A DNA stretch of 35,561 nt from Candidatus Saccharibacteria bacterium CG10_big_fil_rev_8_21_14_0_10_47_8 (GCA_002793885.1 PFEG01000041.1:1-35561), one strand, 5' to 3'. Counted from the stretch's first letter, positions 1 to 8,626 are shown. Program-made: numbers and translations. The notes: generated from the sequence alone by a model not told the origin.

Positions 1-91
1 AGTTGCTAATCTGTTACGTTTTACGTTGATTAACTCTTGTACTGCGCAGTAACAGATATCGGGGGGTAGTGAGCAGTTACTTACGCACCAG

Positions 92-120
92 TTGACCTTT
101 TTACTAATTAGTGTTATTGT
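92..120 (+). promoter_or_regulatory. Candidate sigma70-type promoter upstream of tyrS (TTGACC -35, 17-nt spacer, extended -10 TGtTATTGT)
   Basis: TTGACC at 92-97, TGT at 112-114, TATTGT at 115-120. The first ATG (130) lies about 10 nt after the -10, implying a leaderless or near-leaderless mRNA. Motif reading only. Confidence 0.3.
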
Positions 121-1374
121 TTGTCTAGTATGACCTCAGGTGAGAGATTCTATGAACGCAGCTTTGAGTCTCTTGAAGGCATCCCGACGGATGAATTCAT
201 GTCTCTCTTGCGAGTTAAGACTGAAAAGGCAATTACTTTCGACCGAATTGAGGCCCGCTTACAGGATGGTGAGCCTCTGAATATTAAATTCGGAACCGAC
301 CCTACCGGACCAGACCTGCACCTTGGACATATTGTCCCTATTCGTGTACTCGATTTATTCAGTAGAGCAAACCACAATATTGATTTAATATTTGGTGATT
401 TTACTGCAAAAGTTGGAGATCCATCTGGGCGAAAAGACGGCAGACCAGCGCTAACTGATGAAAAGATTGCCGAGAATATGTCTACTTTCCAGGATCAAGT
501 CAATAAGTACTTTGATACGAAGCGAGAAAATGTTAATATCCATGCAAACAGTGTTTGGCTGGGTAGAATGGCACTGGCTGATGTATTTGGTTATTTTGCA
601 GCGATTAATCTCACTGAAGCAACACAACGCAATGATTTCCGTGAACGCATGCAAAAGGGCGAATCAGTAAGTCTTGCTGAAACAGTCTATGGCACCTTAA
701 TGGGGATAGATTCCGTTCACTTAGACACCGATATTGAAGTAGGGGGCCTTGACCAACTTTTAAACTTTCAACAAGCAAGGACTGTTCAAAAAGCAAGTGG
801 GCAAACTGCTGAAGAGATTATCATGACCCCCATTCTTGAAGGTACTTCTGGTGATGGCCATAAAATGAGTAAATCATTCGACAATTACGTTCCGGTGAGT
901 GCCGAGCCTGGTGAGGTGTTTGGCAAGATCATGTCGATACCAGACTCTCTGATTATCCCCTACCTGAAAGCATACGCACCTCTATATCAGAGCGACCTTG
1001 CTGCTATCGAATTAACGACCGCAGAACAACCACTCGAAATGAAAAAACAACTTGCTACCTATATGGCCGCCATCTCATCTGCTAATTATGATAGTGGCGT
1101 GCAAGCCCGCGAAAAATTTGAACGACGATTTGCTGCTAAAAATATCAGCGAAGCTGATGCAACTACTCTTTCCTTTCAAAATAAAAACCTCACAGATACC
1201 CTCTTGAGTTCAGGAGACTTCAAGTCACGCAGTGAACTCCGGCGTTTAGCCGAACAGGGCGGCATTAAAATCAATGGTACGAAAATCACAGCGGACGATC
1301 TAAATGAATTACCAGCATCAGGCTCCCTTGTAACTGTCGGTAAACATAGGATCTACACTGTCTCAGGCGAATAA
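121..1374 (+). CDS. tyrS: Tyrosyl-tRNA synthetase
   Basis: 417-aa ORF with a class I HIGH-type motif (DLHLGH), KMSKS (HKMSKS) and a C-terminal S4-like segment (SRSELRRLAEQGGIKINGTKI). The track start at 121 is TTG; ATG at 130 is an alternative start. Confidence 0.9.
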   Translation: MSSMTSGERFYERSFESLEGIPTDEFMSLLRVKTEKAITFDRIEARLQDGEPLNIKFGTDPTGPDLHLGHIVPIRVLDLFSRANHNIDLIFGDFTAKVGDPSGRKDGRPALTDEKIAENMSTFQDQVNKYFDTKRENVNIHANSVWLGRMALADVFGYFAAINLTEATQRNDFRERMQKGESVSLAETVYGTLMGIDSVHLDTDIEVGGLDQLLNFQQARTVQKASGQTAEEIIMTPILEGTSGDGHKMSKSFDNYVPVSAEPGEVFGKIMSIPDSLIIPYLKAYAPLYQSDLAAIELTTAEQPLEMKKQLATYMAAISSANYDSGVQAREKFERRFAAKNISEADATTLSFQNKNLTDTLLSSGDFKSRSELRRLAEQGGIKINGTKITADDLNELPASGSLVTVGKHRIYTVSGE

Positions 1375-1377
1375 GTC

Positions 1378-1893
1378 ATGACCAATGAAGTACTTGGTTT
1401 TAATATTTGGACCAAGAACATGCCGCAGCCATTTCTGGATAGTTTTGTGGAATTCGCCGATCGACAAGATTTACCAGTGGTAGCTATCGTTGACGATGTA
1501 TTACCTGCTGTAGTATTCAAACGATCAGAAGATGAATCATCAGAATACAGCCAAGCCTATGTTCACCATATGCAAAAAATAGGATTTGATCAAGTCCACC
1601 TGGTATCAGAACTACTAGTTGATAGGGACAAAGATCTTACTCGCTACTACGAAATTAGTAGCCGCATAGGCTTATCAGCATTTTTAGGACTATTGCCCGA
1701 AAAAAAGCGGCAAGCACTGGATGATCTTTTACTGACTGAGACAATCGACACCTGCTGGCAATTAAGTGTACTAGAATCGGGGATTATACAGGCTAGCGTT
1801 ACCAAGTATTTGACTGGCAAGCGCTCAACGGCACTTTTTAGGCTCGCTAAAAATACTATAGGTGGTTTTGATTTCGATGTTATCGATCAGTAA
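1378..1893 (+). CDS. Hypothetical protein, apparently co-transcribed with tyrS
   Basis: 171-aa ORF starting 4 nt after the tyrS stop. I recognise no family motif. Confidence 0.55.
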   Translation: MTNEVLGFNIWTKNMPQPFLDSFVEFADRQDLPVVAIVDDVLPAVVFKRSEDESSEYSQAYVHHMQKIGFDQVHLVSELLVDRDKDLTRYYEISSRIGLSAFLGLLPEKKRQALDDLLLTETIDTCWQLSVLESGIIQASVTKYLTGKRSTALFRLAKNTIGGFDFDVIDQ

Positions 1894-1897
1894 GTGA

Positions 1898-2677
1898 CTA
1901 TTCTTTTAACAAAGCTTTTGTAATTAAATGTTTACTGTGACCAATATCTTCGAAGGTACGCAGTTGTTGGGGGCTAAATAGAGCTGCAAATTGCTCCAGG
2001 AGTGGTCTACTAACCATCTTATCCTTATTACCGTAATAGATAGTGGTTTTCTCAGCAAAACCCTCACCAACCTCTACGAGTCCATCTGGGTGTTCGCCTT
2101 GAAAGTATTGGTACAACTCGTCCTTATTTTCCAGACGAATGACCTTTTCGTATCCACGTGCTAAAAATTGGGTAAATTGGGCATTATAGCTATAAAAATT
2201 ATCAATTACTGATGCATTTACGGTTGTAAGTTGAGTTTTATTAACAAGTCCTAATGGGGCAACAAACGATATTGAGTCAATGGTACTTGCTTCCAGCTTT
2301 GTGGTAGCACGTGCTAATGGATTAGCACCAAAACTATAGCTAAGCAAAGAAAGGGGTCCCGTAAACGATACTAGCTGTTTGTCTGTGAAGGCGTCTTTAA
2401 AACCCCCCGCACGAATTGCTTCTACGCAATCCACTATACTTTGCGAAGTTCCTTGCACGCTGAATGTCCCTGCACTCAGCCAGTAGCCATAGTAGTAGAG
2501 CACCATAAAGGCCTGGTTGCGCAAAGCTTCGGGTAAGCTTTTAAAGTAGGCTTTATCCGGATAGTTTGGTATACCAGGCACACAGACGGTTACACCATCA
2601 ACAGACCCCAGGTCTTGAGCCCAGTAATATAAATGCACACGCAGGCCATCTGGCGAAACAAGAAGTTGTTCGATCAT
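1898..2677 (-). CDS. Hypothetical protein, possibly alpha/beta-hydrolase fold
   Basis: 259-aa ORF. SYSFG resembles a nucleophile-elbow G/S-x-S-x-G. The functional assignment is weak. Confidence 0.45.
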   Translation of the reverse strand: MIEQLLVSPDGLRVHLYYWAQDLGSVDGVTVCVPGIPNYPDKAYFKSLPEALRNQAFMVLYYYGYWLSAGTFSVQGTSQSIVDCVEAIRAGGFKDAFTDKQLVSFTGPLSLLSYSFGANPLARATTKLEASTIDSISFVAPLGLVNKTQLTTVNASVIDNFYSYNAQFTQFLARGYEKVIRLENKDELYQYFQGEHPDGLVEVGEGFAEKTTIYYGNKDKMVSRPLLEQFAALFSPQQLRTFEDIGHSKHLITKALLKE

Positions 2678-2760
2678 TTAATAGATATCCTTGCAGTAAT
2701 TATTCAGGATGTGAATACTATACATTAGTATATGATGAATCATACTGTTTTGGTACGTTT

Positions 2761-3558
2761 ATGAAAAAAAGAATATTAGTTATAACAGACTGTAGCGACA
2801 TTGCCGCTAATGACCTTTACGCTACCTTAGTGACCAATCTTGATAATTTGAATACAAATAAGGTTGTTGTAGAGCCGATTGTTGTTGTATCTGAATTTTC
2901 GGTACTGCATGCAAGTTTCGTTGCTCGGCTACTAGCTGAAGCATACAACCCTGATTCTTTAACCATACTGGCGGTTGTGAACCCTCTTGATACATCCACT
3001 GCAAAAAGAGCTAGAATTGCAGGACGCTTAAAAAATGGCATTAAGATTGTTGGGGCGAACACCGGTGTCTTTACCTGGCTCATTAATGATTACGGGCTGG
3101 ATGAGGTGTGTGAGACAGATGCGACTGGTTTACAGGGAAAAGATTTTATTTCATTTGGTGGTAAGTATATTCACGCTCCAATAGCAGCCAAGTACGCCGT
3201 GACGGACGACATTAATAGTATAAAGATTGCTGATTTTACAGAAAACGACTTAATGAAGCTTGAATATATGCCCGGAATGGTACTTCATATTGATAATTTT
3301 GGTGTGGCTAAAATTTTCTTAAACGCTAATGATTTCTCGGCCAACAATGGAGATCATCTAACACTACGAAAAAATGGTAAAGAACTAGGCGAGCTCACAT
3401 ATTGTCACAGCATGAAAGAATTGCCTGACGGTGCGCTTGCACTCTATAAAGGTAGCTCACTTGGTTTGCTAGAAATTGGAACAGTACGAAAGCTTGGAAC
3501 GGCTAAAGAACTAGGTTTAACTATCGGTGACGTCGTTGAGATTATTCCTGATCACTGA
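2761..3558 (+). CDS. Divergent SAM hydroxide adenosyltransferase-like (DUF62 / SAM-hydrolase-halogenase family) protein
   Basis: From ATG 2761 (MKKRILVITDCSD...), the order of motifs parallels DUF62 proteins. ITDCSD matches TDFG, VNPLDTS matches IDPGVGT, FGGKYIHAPIAA matches FHGRDIFxPxAA, HIDNFGV matches IDxFGN, and the C-terminus reads GLLEIG...GD. Several catalytic-region positions are substituted. The upstream 2566-2760 extension overlaps the minus-strand gene and was discarded. Confidence 0.5.
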   Translation: MKKRILVITDCSDIAANDLYATLVTNLDNLNTNKVVVEPIVVVSEFSVLHASFVARLLAEAYNPDSLTILAVVNPLDTSTAKRARIAGRLKNGIKIVGANTGVFTWLINDYGLDEVCETDATGLQGKDFISFGGKYIHAPIAAKYAVTDDINSIKIADFTENDLMKLEYMPGMVLHIDNFGVAKIFLNANDFSANNGDHLTLRKNGKELGELTYCHSMKELPDGALALYKGSSLGLLEIGTVRKLGTAKELGLTIGDVVEIIPDH

Positions 3559-4120
3559 CCAAAAGCTGTATGGCCAGTTCGGTCTCGTCAGTATCTACGA
3601 CGTGAATAATATTTTTGATAGCAAGTTTTTCAAATTCATCACCACCAAGCTTCTTATCTGGGATAGAAAGTTTACCATACTGTTCACGCAGTAGATATTT
3701 GAAGGTTTCACACAAAGATTGGGCATTCTCTCCACGAATCACATAGACACCTGAAATGCTAGAAATCATATAAAGCAATTTTCGAGTTTTCCAGTCAGTA
3801 CCAAATAAAATATCGTTGTCATTAAATCGAAAAATATCATTATAAATAACTAAAACTGCGTCTCTGTTAAACTGGTATTTAGTTTGATAAGAAATTTCTA
3901 AGTTATTGTCATTCACAAACTTCGTTAAATGCTCGACGTGCTTGGAAGAATAATTTGGCTTAAGTATGATAATTGCATGCTCAAATCCAGCATATTTGCT
4001 TGGGTCTTTACGATAGTTAAATTGACTAGCTAGCAGTTTATCTTGCATGCAGCTATCATAACATGGTAAATCTCGCCTTTTGTGCTGATATAATAGTGTC
4101 GAGATTATATAGTACCTCAT
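3542..4120 (-). CDS. Nucleoside-diphosphate-kinase-like protein (highly divergent)
   Basis: AIIILKPN matches NDK IIKPD/N, SGVYVIRGENAQ matches GPVVxxVxEGENA, and NIIHVVDT matches NxxHGSDS with the His retained. The true start may be the internal Met at about 4048. The 3' end overlaps the convergent DUF62-like gene by 17 nt. Confidence 0.4.
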   Translation of the reverse strand: MRYYIISTLLYQHKRRDLPCYDSCMQDKLLASQFNYRKDPSKYAGFEHAIIILKPNYSSKHVEHLTKFVNDNNLEISYQTKYQFNRDAVLVIYNDIFRFNDNDILFGTDWKTRKLLYMISSISGVYVIRGENAQSLCETFKYLLREQYGKLSIPDKKLGGDEFEKLAIKNIIHVVDTDETELAIQLLVSDQE

Positions 4121-4184
4121 TAACTTCTTACAGAATGTTCCGGACCCATATGCTTAGCCAAGACGATTATCAAAGGAGACCTGT

Positions 4185-4895
4185 GTGTCCAAAGACCTAG
4201 TTATTAGAGACGATGTAGTTTCATACCGTGAAATGTGCGATATAGAAAATGTCCAAACTCTTCAAAGAGGGATGAATTATAGGTTAAATCCGAACTACTC
4301 AGTAGTTTTAATGTCGCAACGCTCAAATGCACCCTATACTGACCGGGTTCATGATGATGGTGTCACGGTTGAGTACGAAGGACATGATGTATCCAGGAAA
4401 GCTCATAACCACAATCCAAAATTTGAAGACCAAGCCGCTTTTTTACCTACTGGCAAGTTAACTCAAAACGGATTGTTCATTAAAGCCGTTGAGGATTATA
4501 AAAAAGGTATCTCAAAGCCTGAATTGGTCAAAATATATGAAAAAGTGTTGCCCGGAGTATGGTCACTAAAAGGTATCTTTGATCTCTTCGACTATAAGCA
4601 ATTATTTGATAATGGTCGGCATGTATATAGATTCATTTTGCGTTTATCCGATAATCAAAAAATAAACATTGAAACAAGTACTCAAAGTATTGAACATACA
4701 AGAATTATACCCAGTAAAGTTAAGCAAGAGGTATGGAAAAGAGATAATGGAGAGTGTGTATTATGTGGCTCACAAGAGAATTTACACTTTGATCATGAGC
4801 TACCATTCTCTAAGGGAGGTACGAGCTTAACTTCAAAAAATGTAAGACTATTATGTATGAAACATAATCTGGAAAAATCTGCCAAAATAGAATAA
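4185..4895 (+). CDS. SRA(YDG)-HNH nuclease, type IV (modification-dependent) restriction-like
   Basis: GTG start 6 nt after AAGGAG. The N-terminal half follows the SRA-like pattern (RGMNYR...SVVLMS...YTDRVHDDGVTVEYEGHD ... VWSLKGIFDLFDY...GRHVYRFILRL). The C-terminal HNH motif is CVLCGSQENLHFDHELPFSKGG...NVRLLCMKHN. Confidence 0.65.
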   Translation: MSKDLVIRDDVVSYREMCDIENVQTLQRGMNYRLNPNYSVVLMSQRSNAPYTDRVHDDGVTVEYEGHDVSRKAHNHNPKFEDQAAFLPTGKLTQNGLFIKAVEDYKKGISKPELVKIYEKVLPGVWSLKGIFDLFDYKQLFDNGRHVYRFILRLSDNQKINIETSTQSIEHTRIIPSKVKQEVWKRDNGECVLCGSQENLHFDHELPFSKGGTSLTSKNVRLLCMKHNLEKSAKIE

Positions 4896-5032
4896 ATCTT
4901 GACCAATACGCTCAGCCAGAGTGAAAAGGTGCAGGACTGATTCCACGTGCCCCTGCCATTATTGCCAGCGATCGTTTTTTGCCAAACATTAACTCTTTCC
5001 AGATAGCCAGACCAAGTGGTAGTATTTAATAG

Positions 5033-5692
5033 ATGAGTAAACTAGTTTTAAGCAAGCCAGTAGTTATATTTTTGTATGGTTTCCCGGGCTCCGGTAAAAG
5101 TTACGTGGCACGTAACTTATCGGAGTCAATTGAGATGGCCAATGTCAACGCCGATAGACTACGCAGCGAACTCTTTGAACACCCCCGTTACGACTCTCAA
5201 GAAAACGCCATAATCACCCACCTGATGAACTATATGACCGAAGAGTTCCTAAGCTCCGGTGTTAGTGTAGTTTATGATGCCAGCGCCGCCCGCCTGACTA
5301 CTCGGCGCAACCTACGCGAGCTTGCCAGAAGACATAAAGCCGAGCACCTACTGGTATGGCTGCAAATAGATGTCGAGAGTGCCTATGCCCGCACTCAAAA
5401 CAGAGACAGGCGAACATCGGACGATAAATACGCCGAGCCACAAAGCCGCCTGTCGTTTGATAAACAGATAGCCGGTATGCAGCACCCCAAAGGCGAAGAT
5501 TACCTGGTAATCAGCGGAAAACACTCTTTTGCGACTCAAAAAAGCGCCATCATAAATCGCCTTTATCAAGCAAGTTTGATCAATAGTGGAACCATGCAGA
5601 GTAACGTTGCTAAACCCGGGCTTGTAAACTTGGTGCCCAACCTACATGGTGGCCGGGTCGATATGACGCGGCGTAACATTACTATAGGCTGA
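5033..5692 (+). CDS. P-loop NTPase / AAA_33-type kinase-like protein
   Basis: Walker A GFPGSGKS near the N-terminus. Size and layout fit small-molecule or zeta-like kinases. Confidence 0.6.
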   Translation: MSKLVLSKPVVIFLYGFPGSGKSYVARNLSESIEMANVNADRLRSELFEHPRYDSQENAIITHLMNYMTEEFLSSGVSVVYDASAARLTTRRNLRELARRHKAEHLLVWLQIDVESAYARTQNRDRRTSDDKYAEPQSRLSFDKQIAGMQHPKGEDYLVISGKHSFATQKSAIINRLYQASLINSGTMQSNVAKPGLVNLVPNLHGGRVDMTRRNITIG

Positions 5693-5694
5693 GT

Positions 5695-6402
5695 ATGGCC
5701 CAGCGCATCGTCTTAATACCTGGCATCGGCGAGGTCACATTAGCTAAGCGGCGGGGCAGTTCGCATCTGCGCTTAAGCGTCACGGCTAACGGCCGCATAA
5801 GAGTTGGGCTTCCGCACTGGACGCCTTACGCTACCGGTATAGCCTTCGCCAAAAGTCGCCAGGAATGGATAACTGCTCAGCTGAATAAACATCCACAGGC
5901 CGTACTTATAAATGGTAGCCTGATTGGTAAAGCTCATAGGTTGCATTATATTGATACCAAGCAAACGGGTTCTAAAATTAAAACCAGAATCACTTCTACT
6001 ACCATAGAGATAAGGAGTTCTCTTGCCTATGACTCACCCAAAGTCCAGGAAAAAGCCCAGATAGCATCTGAACGGGCCCTAAAAGCTGAAACAATCAACT
6101 TACTTGTGCCTCGGCTGGCCAGCCTGGCCGCTCAGCACGATCTTGTTTACAACGATGTAAGAGTGCGTAAGTTAACTTCCAGGTGGGGCAGCTGCTCCAG
6201 TAATAAAACCATAACTCTTAGCTATTACTTGATACAGCTACCTTGGCCGTTGATTGATTACGTGTTGCTACATGAGCTGGCACACACTATCCACCTTCAT
6301 CACGGCGCTAATTTTTGGAACGGCCTGGAGCGTCTGCTACCTTCGGCCAAAAAAATCAGAAAAGAAATAAGACATCATAAACCGCGAATAGAACCAGCGT
6401 AA
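5695..6402 (+). CDS. YgjP-like (DUF45) zinc metallohydrolase
   Basis: WGSCSSNKTITLSYYLIQLP followed by HELAHTIHLHHGANFW (HExxH) is typical of the DUF45/SprT-like family. It starts 2 nt after the kinase-like gene. Confidence 0.75.
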   Translation: MAQRIVLIPGIGEVTLAKRRGSSHLRLSVTANGRIRVGLPHWTPYATGIAFAKSRQEWITAQLNKHPQAVLINGSLIGKAHRLHYIDTKQTGSKIKTRITSTTIEIRSSLAYDSPKVQEKAQIASERALKAETINLLVPRLASLAAQHDLVYNDVRVRKLTSRWGSCSSNKTITLSYYLIQLPWPLIDYVLLHELAHTIHLHHGANFWNGLERLLPSAKKIRKEIRHHKPRIEPA

Positions 6403-6423
6403 GCAGTTTGTGACATAATAAGA

Positions 6424-7578
6424 GTGACTATGAGCACTCTGCCCAAATTGGCCCAATCAACCGCCGATGAGTTAGACCATAACAGGCTACTGGCTTTAAT
6501 TAACAGTATGAGTGACGGGGTGCTGGCGTTGGACGACAAAGCCAAAATTATTTTAAGTAACAGTGTGGCCTTAAGCCTACTAGACTCCAATGCTATCAAC
6601 GGTAAACAGATTGGTCAAGTGTTGACGTTGGTTAACAACAGAGCCGGCGAACCCATAGATCTAGAAGACGTCATTTTTAACACCGAAACACCGATAGCCA
6701 ACCGCGATTGGCGCATAAACTATGCTGATGGCAGCAGTTTAAACTTATTCATCAGCATATCTCCGGTACACCGCGGTTTTGGCAGTGACGGCCAGAGTGG
6801 TTATGTGATTCTGATACGGGATATAACCCGAGAAAAATCTATCGAAGAAGAACGCGATGAATTTATCAGCGTCGCCTCACACGAGCTACGAACACCTATC
6901 GCAGTTGCTGAAGGTAGTATAAGCAACGCTTTGATGATGGCTCAAAAACAGGGGACTTCGAGCACAATTACGGAGACGTTAAACACTGCCCACCAACAGA
7001 TAGTTCTTTTGGGCAACATGATTAACGACCTATCAACCCTATCCAGAGCCGAGCGCGGCAGGCTCGGTATGGTTGTCGAAAACTTTAACGCTGACGAGTT
7101 GGTCTTATCTTTAGTGCACGACAATTTGCCCGTAGCCAAAACAAAAGGCCTGGAAATCATATACAAACCAGTAAGTCCTGCCGGCAGCCTGACCACCAGC
7201 CGCCTGTATGTCCGCGAAATATTGCAAAACTTTATAACCAACTCCCTAAAATACACCGAAAAGGGTCAAATAACTTTGCGGGCCAATAGCAAAGAAGACG
7301 GTATCGAATTTATAGTTAGCGACACTGGAATTGGCATCGCCAAAAGTGAGCAGGCCAAACTATTCACAAAATTTTTCAGAAGCAGTGATTGGCGCGTCAA
7401 AAACGTTAACGGAACAGGCTTAGGTCTATATGTCACTTCCAAACTGGCTAAACTCATTAATGCAAGATTGAATATGGATAGCGAGCTTAACAAAGGCAGC
7501 ACATTTAGCCTCTACGTACCCAATATTAAACAAACGCAGAAGCAGAAGCAACCTATCTCAGCCACTCAAGTTGCATAA
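6424..7578 (+). CDS. Soluble PAS-domain sensor histidine kinase (orphan)
   Basis: H-box SHELRTPI, N box NSLKYT, and G boxes DTGIGI and GTGLGL. There is no TM segment and no response regulator adjacent. The start is GTG 6424 or ATG 6430. Confidence 0.85.
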   Translation: MTMSTLPKLAQSTADELDHNRLLALINSMSDGVLALDDKAKIILSNSVALSLLDSNAINGKQIGQVLTLVNNRAGEPIDLEDVIFNTETPIANRDWRINYADGSSLNLFISISPVHRGFGSDGQSGYVILIRDITREKSIEEERDEFISVASHELRTPIAVAEGSISNALMMAQKQGTSSTITETLNTAHQQIVLLGNMINDLSTLSRAERGRLGMVVENFNADELVLSLVHDNLPVAKTKGLEIIYKPVSPAGSLTTSRLYVREILQNFITNSLKYTEKGQITLRANSKEDGIEFIVSDTGIGIAKSEQAKLFTKFFRSSDWRVKNVNGTGLGLYVTSKLAKLINARLNMDSELNKGSTFSLYVPNIKQTQKQKQPISATQVA

Positions 7579-7611
7579 ATTACTCTAATCAGGTAGTATT
7601 GACATTGACAG

Positions 7612-7637
7612 CTTACTTTAACAAGTAAGTTTTTTTA
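7612..7637 (+). terminator. Intrinsic terminator-like hairpin after the histidine kinase
   Basis: CTTACTT (7612-7618) pairs with AAGTAAG (7623-7629) around a 4-nt loop, followed by a T-run from 7630. Confidence 0.5.
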
Positions 7638-7655
7638 TTTTCTAGGGAGATTTAA

Positions 7656-8066
7656 ATGGCCGATTCGTCCAGGCCGAACCGAAAACCGCGTGTCCGCAAG
7701 ACCGCGCCGACGGTTCGGGAAAAAGCTCAGGCCGCGCAGTCTAAGGTAGGGTCCGCCAAGCCGAAAAAATTTCGGCGTCTTGCAAGGGCTACAACCAAGC
7801 CGTTTCGAGTCGTTAAAATCCCCAGTAACCCGGTAACCAGATTTCTGGGTAGAATCGGGAGAATCATCGGTAAGGTATTGGGCTGGCTGGTACCTCGCTA
7901 CTTTGTCAATTCTTGGCGTGAGGTCCGGCTTGTTACTTGGCCCGGCAGAAAAGAAACCTGGCGCCTAACGCTGGCTGTTGTTATCTTCGCTATCGTGTTT
8001 GGAGCTATGGTGGCTGGTGTGGATAAGGTAATCGATATACTGTTTCGTAAATTAGTACTTAAATAA
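7656..8066 (+). CDS. secE: Preprotein translocase subunit SecE with long basic N-terminal extension
   Basis: The C-terminal segment WREVRLVTWPGRKETWRLTLAVVIFAIVFGAMV is a typical SecE TM region. The gene lies immediately upstream of nusG, which is conserved synteny. Confidence 0.8.
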   Translation: MADSSRPNRKPRVRKTAPTVREKAQAAQSKVGSAKPKKFRRLARATTKPFRVVKIPSNPVTRFLGRIGRIIGKVLGWLVPRYFVNSWREVRLVTWPGRKETWRLTLAVVIFAIVFGAMVAGVDKVIDILFRKLVLK

Positions 8067-8083
8067 GGATAAGTTAAACTCAA

Positions 8084-8626
8084 ATGACTAAACGTTATGA
8101 TTCCAGCCGACAATGGTACGCCATTCATACCTACAGTGGCTATGAAGAAAAAGTGGCTGAAAGTATTCGCCAGCGTGCCGAGTCTTTGGATATGGGAGAC
8201 AAGATCTTTCAAGTCCTTGTGCCAAAAGAAAAAATGATAGAGATCAAAAATGGTAAGCGTAGGGTTGTAGAAAAGCGTATCTTTCAAGGTTACGTTCTGG
8301 TGGAGATGAAGTTGTACGAGGACGCCTGGTATATTGTGCGCAATACTCCAAACGTGACCGGTTTTGTGGGTACCGGCACAGAGCCAACTCCTGTTGAAGC
8401 TGACGAAATCGCCAAGATACTAAAACGTATGGGCCGCGATGAGCCAAAGCACAAGTTTGACTACCGAGTCGGAGAAGTTGTCAACATAGTTGACGGCCCG
8501 TTCAAGGGCTTTGACGGAGCTATCAACGAAATAGACGCCCAAAAGGGCAAACTAAAAGTTCTTGTAAACATGTTTGGCCGTGAAACGCCGGTTGAGCTTG
8601 ACGGTCTACAGGTAAAGAGAGTTTAG
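8084..8626 (+). CDS. nusG: Transcription termination/antitermination factor NusG
   Basis: WYAIHTYSGYEEKV NGN start and a C-terminal KOW (GEVVNIVDGPFKGFDGAINEID), within secE-nusG-rplK synteny. Confidence 0.9.
   Translation: MTKRYDSSRQWYAIHTYSGYEEKVAESIRQRAESLDMGDKIFQVLVPKEKMIEIKNGKRRVVEKRIFQGYVLVEMKLYEDAWYIVRNTPNVTGFVGTGTEPTPVEADEIAKILKRMGRDEPKHKFDYRVGEVVNIVDGPFKGFDGAINEIDAQKGKLKVLVNMFGRETPVELDGLQVKRV

Noticed and set aside
1-120. A possible T-box riboswitch leader for tyrS, suggested by the inverted repeat TCTGTTAC/GTAACAGA at about 9-57.
   Set aside because: No T-box consensus (AATTAGGGTGGTACCGCG-like) or specifier-loop architecture is visible. A promoter-like motif sits only ~10 nt from the ATG, and the window edge truncates any longer leader.
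2566-2760. The 5' extension of the 2566..3558 ORF given by the six-frame track (330 aa).
   Set aside because: The first ~65 codons overlap the minus-strand gene 1898..2677 and translate to low-quality sequence. The family-like sequence begins at ATG 2761 (MKKRILVITD...), so the shorter CDS was used.
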